Shown here in pieces: positions 55,850 to 64,000 of a stretch of DNA of 64,000 nt (positions are counted from its first letter, which is position 1; every line of letters starts with the position of its first letter). Below the pieces are notes generated by a model. It saw nothing but the letters and a program-made list of their open reading frames with translations. It was not told where the DNA came from and did not search any database. Both the position numbers and the translations under genes were made by a program. The DNA is from Octopus sinensis (lineage: Eukaryota), in assembly GCF_006345805.1 (NCBI RefSeq), contig NC_043014.1, positions 47,802,001 to 47,866,000 on the forward strand, in the 5' to 3' direction.

Positions 55850-57385
55850 GTAAGTATATCTATTTCTTTATTACCCACAAGGGGCTAAACACAGAGGGGA
55901 CAAACAAACGGATTAAGTCAATTATATCGACCCCAGTGCGTAACTGGTACTTATTTAATTGACCCCGAAAGGATGAAAGGTAAAGTCGACCTTGGTGGAA
56001 TTTGAACTCAGAACGTAACGGCAGACAAAATACCTATTTCTTTATTACCCACAAGGGGTTAAACATAGAGGGGACAAACAAGGACAGACAAACGGATTAA
56101 GTCGATTATATCGACCCCAGTGCATAACTGGTACTTATTTAATCGACCCCGAAAGGATGACAGGCAAAGTCGACCTCGGCGGAATTTGAACTCAGAACGT
56201 AACGGCAGACGAAATATGGCTTTGCATTTCGCTCGGCATGCTAACGTTTCTGCCAGTAAGTATATCAACATTGGTCCCCTCTGTGGTTGTCATGATGGCC
56301 TGGCTCTCCATTGATTATGATGATGAGTCTTCCTGTTTTTCTGATCAACGGAACAGCATGCCAGTGGCTGAGCCCTTTACGGATGCATGTACGCTCAACG
56401 TAGTTCTCAGACAGATTCAGCATAACACAGGGTGTGACAAGGCTGACCCTTTGAACTGCAAGAACTTTTCGTTTTTGCCAGCTGAGTGGATTGGAGCAAT
56501 GAGAAGTAAAGTGTTTTGCTCATGGACACAGTGCACCACTAGGAATCAAATTCACAACCATAAGATCATGAGCCGAATGCGCTAGCTATTATGCCACATG
56601 CCTTGTGGTTGTCATACAATCTTCTATATCAGCTGTGATATGTTTTACTATCTTACACCTTACACACACCATGTATAGTCTTTTATCCATACATTAACCC
56701 TTTCATTACTGAATTTATTTTGAGATGCTCTGTGTTTCTTTCAATTACTTTAAATATAACAAAGAATTTAATAAAATAGCTTAGTTATCTTTCAGCTAGT
56801 GTTAGGAACATAAATTGTGACTAAGGTTTGGTGGAAGATTTTAATTCAGAACTTATGAAAATAAGTCATTTATACTCAGAGCCAGAGCTGGTTTCAGCCA
56901 GGTTGGTAACAAAAGGGTTAAATATGTCCGAAGTCAGGATGCCATGATAGATCGTTAGCTCCTACACGCATTTTTTTCTCTCCTTGTTTTTTTTCTGTGT
57001 ATCTTTCTGTCAAAGAGCGTAGGCTTGAAACATAAAAGACTTTTTCTATTTCTTTTCCTGAGCGTTATACTAATACATTTGTTTGTTTGTACTCCACCTG
57101 CCTTTGTCTTTTGTTTATTTTCGTAAACTTTCCCATTAAATATGTATGACTGTTTAAATTATTGCCTCAACCACCCCGGTATCTCTGCTACTTCAGTAGT
57201 TCAGTCAGCCTAATACTTTTTCTATGCTAATAGCTCAGCTATACCAACTCCCCATCTGTCCCATTTTTTTTTTTTGAGCTGTTCCCAATACTCCCAAGTA
57301 TTTCATTACCCCAGCTAGGTCCTGTACTAGTGACTAATACTCCAGCTACCCCAATGCTTCAATCTAACTTTTTTTCTAATTCCAG

Positions 57386-58151
57386 CTACAAGAAATGGGT
57401 GTCCCTCACAAACCACATCACTAGCGATTTACTTACCTCACTGCATGCAGAGGGAATGAAAATATCATCTGTAACAGCCCTCAAATCAGAGAAAAGTGAT
57501 TCTCTCTCAAGAGCCGCAGATCGGCTGAAAAGCTCGGAGCCGGTTCGGGATGTAAGTCAGGAATGTCAGTCAATAAAGGAAGCAGAATCTCATCTGTCCA
57601 AACTGCAGTTTGCTCCAGACTCCAGTGTTCAATACCATGCTATTCCTAGGAAATACCCAGCTGGAGCAAGCCCTGCTGATGTCACCAAATACAGCTTAGA
57701 TTCCAGTTATGCCCTTAGCACAATGATCGAATCCTGCTACAACAACAAAGAATTGTTGTTGTTGGGGGAGCTGCAGATATCATTTGTGTGTTTTATCATA
57801 GGACAAGTTTACGATGGTTTTGAGCAATGGAAGAAGCTGGTCAGTGTTCTGTCAACGGCACAGAGAGCGGTCGTCACTTACCAAAACCTTTACATGCAAT
57901 GCATTAAAGTTCTCTATTTCCAACTGAAGGAAATACCTGAAGATTTCTTTGTGGACATTTTGTCCCAACAAAATTTCCTTACCGACACACTTTATGAGTT
58001 TTTCTTGAACATCAACAACGAGGAGGTCAGTGATGAACTGAGGAAAAGAGGGGCAAAGTTTAAAGCAAATTTAACGGAAACTTTCAAATGGGATTTTAGC
58101 AGAGAACCTGATGAATATGCCCCGGTTGTTGTTGAAACTGAGATTACATAG
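57386..58151 (+). CDS. AAR2: AAR2 coding exon 4 (NYKKWVSLTN...LLGELQISFVCFIIGQVYDGFEQWKKL...EIPEDFFVDI...FKWDFSREPDEYAPVVVETEIT*); total CDS 1131 nt = 376 aa
   Basis: Within ORF 57330..58151. Acceptor ctaattccag at 57385. Conserved AAR2 C-terminal motifs; the four exons join in frame. Confidence 0.96.
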
Positions 58152-58789
58152 TGTGGGGCAACCAGATGAGTATGGCCCTGTTGTGGTTGAAAGCGAGAGC
58201 ACAAACTTAACCCTTTCGTTACTGTATTTATTTTGAAACATTCTGTGTTTCTCTCAATTACTTTAAATACAACAAAGAATTTAGTAAAATAAACAAGTTA
58301 TCATTAAGCTGGTGTTAGGAACGTTAATTGTGACTAAGGCTTGGTGGAAGATTTTAATTCAAAACTTATGAAAACAAGACATTTTACCACAGAGCCAGAC
58401 GTGGTTTCAGCTTGGTTGGTATCAAAAGGGTTAAGAATTGTTTCTCTATTATATATTTTAAGGTAACAAACCATTCAGTCAGATACCACAAAGTCCAGTG
58501 TAATGGACATCAGAACAATGGTTGTCCATCAACCTGTTTCTTCATACATCAACATGTTCTCATGACATTAAATTTCTCCAACATTTCTCCATTCTTTTCT
58601 TTCATTTTTTGTTCTTCTCATTCTTCCTTCCCTGTTTGTTCTTGCTGTTCTTCCTTATCTTTCTTCTTCCATCAAAAACAAAATGTTCCAAAAGAGAAGA
58701 CAGACTGTGATTCCAACATGATTCTAGCAATAAAATATTGCAAACATCAGACAAAATATTTTTAAAAGATGTTAGTGAAATAGAGTGAA

Positions 58790-59680
58790 TGACATTATAC
58801 CTGTGTTTAATGCAAATGTCATTATTTAAGTCAACCTGTTGGAGTATGTGCAGTCTTTCTCAGAGGCAGAATTGGGTAAGGTGGGGACCTGATGATTATC
58901 CTCCTTTTGATTTTGTGTGAGGTGCTTGCTGTGGTTATGGATCTCCAGATGAAGCAGGACAAGTTTTCCTCGTGCCTACATCTAAAGGAGTGCATATGCT
59001 GCAAGAATCTTCCCTTGAAGCACTTGGTTTTCCTTCCTCTGTAGTGATTTGTAATACCATTGTGGGGTTTGAGGATGGTCTTATAAACCATGGCTTTCAA
59101 GTGGCAGAATGATTCTGGTGGGATGGAGATTGTATGGATGTGTTTGCTTCTCTTATGGCATGCAATGTTGTCTAAACATGAATAGATGACTTTAACATTA
59201 TGAGAATTAGAAAGTGTACGGAATCTAGGAAAATGTTGCTTAAGATCAGAGAGTTCCTAGTTGTATTGGTAAAAACATCTATGTTGCATGGTGGATTATA
59301 CCAGATGGCCTTTCATTTCTTCTGCTGATACTTGTAACCAAGTTTTCAATTTCAGTTGGGGGCTGGTGCAATGCAGACCATTTTCTCTGGATTTTCTGCA
59401 GTGGTAGTATTTACATGTCTTGAAATTTATGATAACATCTAAGAAAGTGAGCTTTGTTAAGTTGGTGGTGACAGTTATTGATAAGCTGAAATCTTTGAAG
59501 ATGTTAATGAACTTCTTCCTAAACTTGTGTCATAACTGCTCATATAGCAAGAGATAGCCAGACCATCATCCCTGAATAGGGCCAAACTGACCTTTTTCTT
59601 TCCTTTAAAAATCAGCACGAACTTTCCGGACAACCCAATAGTAAATGGGTTATGGGTTTGTATTTTATTACTACCGCTGT
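58790..59680 (-). mobile_element. Degenerate Penelope-like retroelement (RT C-terminal part and GIY-YIG-like endonuclease region)
   Basis: Minus-strand remnants resemble R(D/E)DGLAI...AHFLDV..N.KT.KY and FKGRF.QH.HSFR...LSCFIW...SPPY. Many stops and frameshifts. Confidence 0.65.
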
Positions 59681-61156
59681 ACTTGGCTGATTCGTGAATC
59701 AGAAAGTTTCATGTCACACACATGCACACAGATGATTATTTATATTTTTTTAATATTTTTTATTTTTTTACTTGTTTCAGTCATTTGACTGCGGCCATGC
59801 TGGAGCACCGCATTTAGTCAAGCAAATCGAACCCGGGACTTATTCTTTGTAAGCCAAGTACCTTATTCTATCGGTCTCTTTTGCCGAACCGCTAAGTGAT
59901 GGCGACGTAAACACACCAGCATTGGTTGTCAAGCAATGCTAGGGGGACAAACACAGACACACACATATATATATATACATATATATAACGGGCTTCTTTC
60001 AGTTTCCGAATACCAAATCCGCTCACAAGGCTTTGGTCCGCCCGAGGCTATAGTAGAAGACACTTGCCCAAGATGCCACGCAGTGGGACTGAACCCGGAA
60101 CCATGTGGTTGGTAAGCAAGCTACTTACCACACAGCCACTCCTGCGCCTATATATATATACACACTGCCCTAAGCAGTGGCACAGCGATACTACTCTCAG
60201 TAGAATACAACAGACAACTGGGGGTTATTTCCAATACTGAGCAGTAATTTTACCAAATTTGTAAAATCTGCTGTTGTGGAGCTGCAGTTGCTATGGAAAC
60301 CATAGTATTGGGTGTTTGGTCACCAAACACATATTCTTTCTAATATGGAAAGGAACCAAAAATACATAGTGTCAATTTGGTAGTGGTTAATTCCAAAGTG
60401 ACAGGCAAATAATAAAGACAAGATTTTTTTTTTTTTGTTTTTTAACTTTTAGGATTGGGACCTCAAATCGATAAAAATCAAAATGTTTTCGCCAACATCT
60501 GCGACTGAAATTCAAACTCAAAATTTAAATCGAGAAAGACGAAATTTCTCATTGATTCAGATTTAATATCTTTGTAAGAACATTTTTTTAAACCAATCAG
60601 AAAATTTTACGTTTCATGGTTTTATAAATTCAATTTGATCATTGAAATTTTTAACATCATTTGACATCTTTTCCACGCTTGCATTGGTCAGGCAGAATTT
60701 AAGGAAAATTTTCTACCTCTGGATGCCCTTCTTGTCACTGACCTCCACCTGTTTCCGAGCGCCAGGTAACATTTTGCCCACAGCTGGACATTTTTTAAAG
60801 GAAGACTGGAAACAAAACAGTGCTCATTTACAACCACCACTTGATGTCAAGACAAGGGTAACAAACATACATACACACACATTTATATATATATATATGG
60901 GGGCTGCCCAGATCGGAGCAATCTCAAGATTAATCAGCCGAAATTGCGAAGATGATCCAGTTCTTGACTGATGATTGAGGGCTTCGAATGTCCCATCCTG
61001 TGTTTCTTGTGTCGTCTTCTAGGTGTTTCACGTTCTTGTCCCAGTTTGTATATTTTTTTACTTTTATATATATATATATATATATATTAGTAGTAACAGA
61101 AAAGGAGGAATTTCAATTATTCCCACATGGTGAGTTATAATTTCATATATATATAT

Positions 61157-61187
<31 letters not shown>

Positions 61188-64000
61188 TAATGGGCTTCTT
61201 TCAGTTTCCATCTACCAAATCCACTGACAAGGCTTTGGTCAGTTTGGAGCTATATTCTATAGTTCCAAACTGACCAAAGTTAAATTTTGCACAAGGGACT
61301 GAAGTGAAGACCACATGGTTGGGAAGCAAGTTTCTTAAACTACAGAAATTTGAAATTTCTTTGGAAATTCTTCTCCATGCAAACAATGTCAAAAAAAAAA
61401 AAAAAAAATTCCAAAAGTGGAACACTTTACCATTCTTCTTTTATTTATACATCATTTTTTTCTTCTTTTGTTTTTTGTTTTTCTTTTTTTTTCTAGAGCG
61501 TCTTCTGTTATGGAGTTTTCTGTATTTTGTTTCGTTTATCCAAATCTCAAAATCAAAATGATGTGAGAAAATAAATGAACAATCAATCAAAACGTGGAAT
61601 TAGAATACGAGAAATAGCAGGAGGAGAATACCAAGCAGAGTTAAGTTTCTAAAATAAATAAGAAATTTTTAAAAATAATTAAACTTTTTCTTCATCTTAC
61701 TTGACAAAATTCATTGGTTTTTTTTTTTTTCAGAGATTTAATATTTTTTCTGACTGGAAGATTTATTTTTTAAGAAATTGGAAAATTAAAAAAAAAAAAA
61801 TTAAAATTGGAAAAAAAAAAAAAAAAAAGTGAATAAAATTTGAGAAAATGAGTGAATATTTTGTGATTTGATCAGCTTTTTAAAGCAAAAAACATTTTGA
61901 CAAGCTTTTTAACAATTTTTGTTGGGTCTAGTTGGGGGGTGGGGGGAAGGGGGTGATAAAGCTTCTTGAGTTTATTGTGAAGAGGACACAAGGAAGACTT
62001 GATACTAAAAGAGAAGAGCTGTCGGAAAGAGAGAGAGAGAGAGAACGGAAATAAGAAGGAGAAGTAGTTTAAAAAAATAACTGATATATTTGAAAGTGAA
62101 AAAATAGAGTAAAATCTGGAAAAAAGATGTTGTCAAGATGTAAGGTTCTAAAGTTGAATGTGGATGGCAAAGGTTATACCAAACAGTCCCAAGATGACAA
62201 CTGACTGCACTCACAGATTTGGCCAATACTGATTTGTACCAACTAGTTTGTTGTTTTTTTGTGCTTTAACAGGAAGAGAAGGAAGGAAGGAAGAAACGGT
62301 AAGTAACTAGAACTGAGGAAACGTAGCTTTTAAGTTTGGAGCCACTGAGCTAGGTTTTGTTATGGGGATAGGGGGGAACTGTCCAGAATAGAAGGAGGGG
62401 GAACGTTTAGTCTAAAAGATGTGGTCAGGTCGTCGAGAAAAACTAAATGTAAATGAGACGAAGAGGAGGAGGAATTAATAAAACTAGAGGAACGAAAAGG
62501 TAAAAGTTCACATCAGTTTATAAAGGTAGAAATATTGTAATGTTGAAGAGATTTCGTTACAAAGAAAGATTTTTTTTTAGAAATAAAGTCAGTTTGTACA
62601 GAATTGATTCAATTCAAGGTGTGTGTATGACTGTGTGTGTTTTTGTTATGGAGGGGGTTTTTTGAATTATTAGAAGATAAACAAAGAGCAGAAGGTCAGG
62701 GAAAAAATAAAAAATAAAAAGGATTTTTGCATTCAATGATTTCCCTTTCGTTGATCAAAAAAACCAAAAACTACTTCAACAACAATTCAGGTACAATTTA
62801 TCAAATTGAAAACTCCCATGTTTAATGTCCATCATCTAAGTGCAATAATATATTGCAATCTTCCTTTTGTTGAGTCTTTTTTGTGATAAATATAAACGGC
62901 TAACCAATCATTTCTTAGTTTGTGTTAGAATGACTCTCAATATACAGAAGGGAAACTGTAATGAAACCTCATCTTTCGAATGGGAATTATCAATTCCCTA
63001 TGTTTTGCCATCGACAGCAGTGATATGTATAGGTTTAGCAAGACCTGCAGGGTTTCTCGAAATATAGAGAAACATTCTGAAAAAAACTGCTTATGAAATA
63101 TTGTTGGAAGCTAAAAAGGCAAAACATAGGGAATTACTGAGGGGGAAAGAGAAATAACAGCCAAGTAGACATTATTTCAACAAACTTGTATCACTTCAAG
63201 TGAAATGGTGGTACTCTTTAAATTGTAGTACCTCTCATTTATGGCACACTTCAAACTGTGGCACACTTTAAGACAGCTTCCATCCCTTGCTGAAAGTAGC
63301 AAGACAGTGCTGAGCTACAAAGATGGAATGCTCCGTTATAAAAGGAACAAATTCACCAAACAGACTTACAGCCACAACATCAACACATGACCAACTAATT
63401 TATAAGAGAACCTAATCACTTATGAAATGACCTCAGACCATTCCTTGGTGACCTTTCGGACAAGAAAAAAAAAAAAAATTTACAAATGTTTAAAAGATAT
63501 TTTTGTAGTAAAATTATCAAAGTTAATTTTCATCACCACCACCATCATCATCATCATCATTATTATTATTATCAGTCAACATCATCTTAAAAATAAGAAT
63601 TCATGTCACTTTAATAAATCATTAAAACTGAACCCTAAACACTGCAAGATATCAGGTTTCCCCCAAAGATTTTTTGTGTTCTTCAAAAGAAATTGTTCTA
63701 TGAAAGAAGAAGAAGTCGACAGAGAAGAGGAGGAATTGATCCGTTTTCCATTTGCTATGTCAAAGGATTTATCACGGAGAAAGTTTTGTTTATTTTTAAA
63801 AATCATTTTATTTATTTTAGGTCTTTTTTTTTTTAGATTTTTAGATTTCAGATATTTTCAATCTGACAGTTGAAAATATTGTGTAAAGAGGGGTGAGAGG
63901 TAGGAGAAAGAAAGGGGTTAGTTTGGCTGCAGAGGTCGACTTTTGACCTGGGTCACTTAATATTACAGGAGAAAGCACATTATCTCAGAGATTAACAGTG

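Noticed and set aside
50965-58151. Functional link between AAR2 (U5 snRNP factor) and the neighbouring U12-intron gene
   Set aside because: Head-to-head adjacency alone is not evidence; nothing in the sequence supports co-regulation.
60961-61000. CTGATGA...TTCGAATGTC hammerhead-like motif
   Set aside because: GAAA is broken (GAAT) and no convincing stem I or II. At most a decayed relic.
63606-63806. 66-aa minus-strand ORF as a terminal exon
   Set aside because: No recognisable homology or convincing acceptor, and low-complexity Ser run.
63930-63956. Nuclear-receptor-like half-site cluster (AGGTCG...TGACCTGGGTCA)
   Set aside because: Short motif expected by chance, with no supporting context.

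Overview
AT-rich, microsatellite- and SINE-dense animal genomic DNA. The repeat families and (TA)n/(CA)n/(AAT)n load suggest an octopod cephalopod (inference). Two divergently transcribed housekeeping genes are recoverable by splicing. (1) V-type ATPase catalytic subunit A (ATP6V1A) lies on the minus strand; its first six coding exons (19191->1475, 707 nt) are in the window and the gene continues beyond position 1. Its second coding intron is a U12 (minor spliceosome) GT-AG intron. (2) AAR2 (U5 snRNP assembly factor) lies on the plus strand, with a complete 4-exon CDS (50965-58151, 376 aa). The rest is mobile DNA: three tRNA-derived SINE families, RTE and CR1-group LINE fragments, Penelope-like relics, degenerate Tigger and Tc1 transposons, two Helitron-type elements, TTAA-targeting (piggyBac-type) MITEs and a long-TIR MITE. 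The most notable hidden signal is a set of unrelated short elements, mostly beside (TA)n tracts, that each carry a type I minimal hammerhead ribozyme with a palindromic stem III (best copy 32162-32219). Also notable are a duplicated AAR2 C-terminal motif with synonymous-biased divergence behind the stop codon, and a SINE insertion that duplicated an AAR2 5' splice site. Most short ORFs in the supplied track are repeat or microsatellite artefacts. Repeat boundaries are approximate unless a TSD or terminus is cited.
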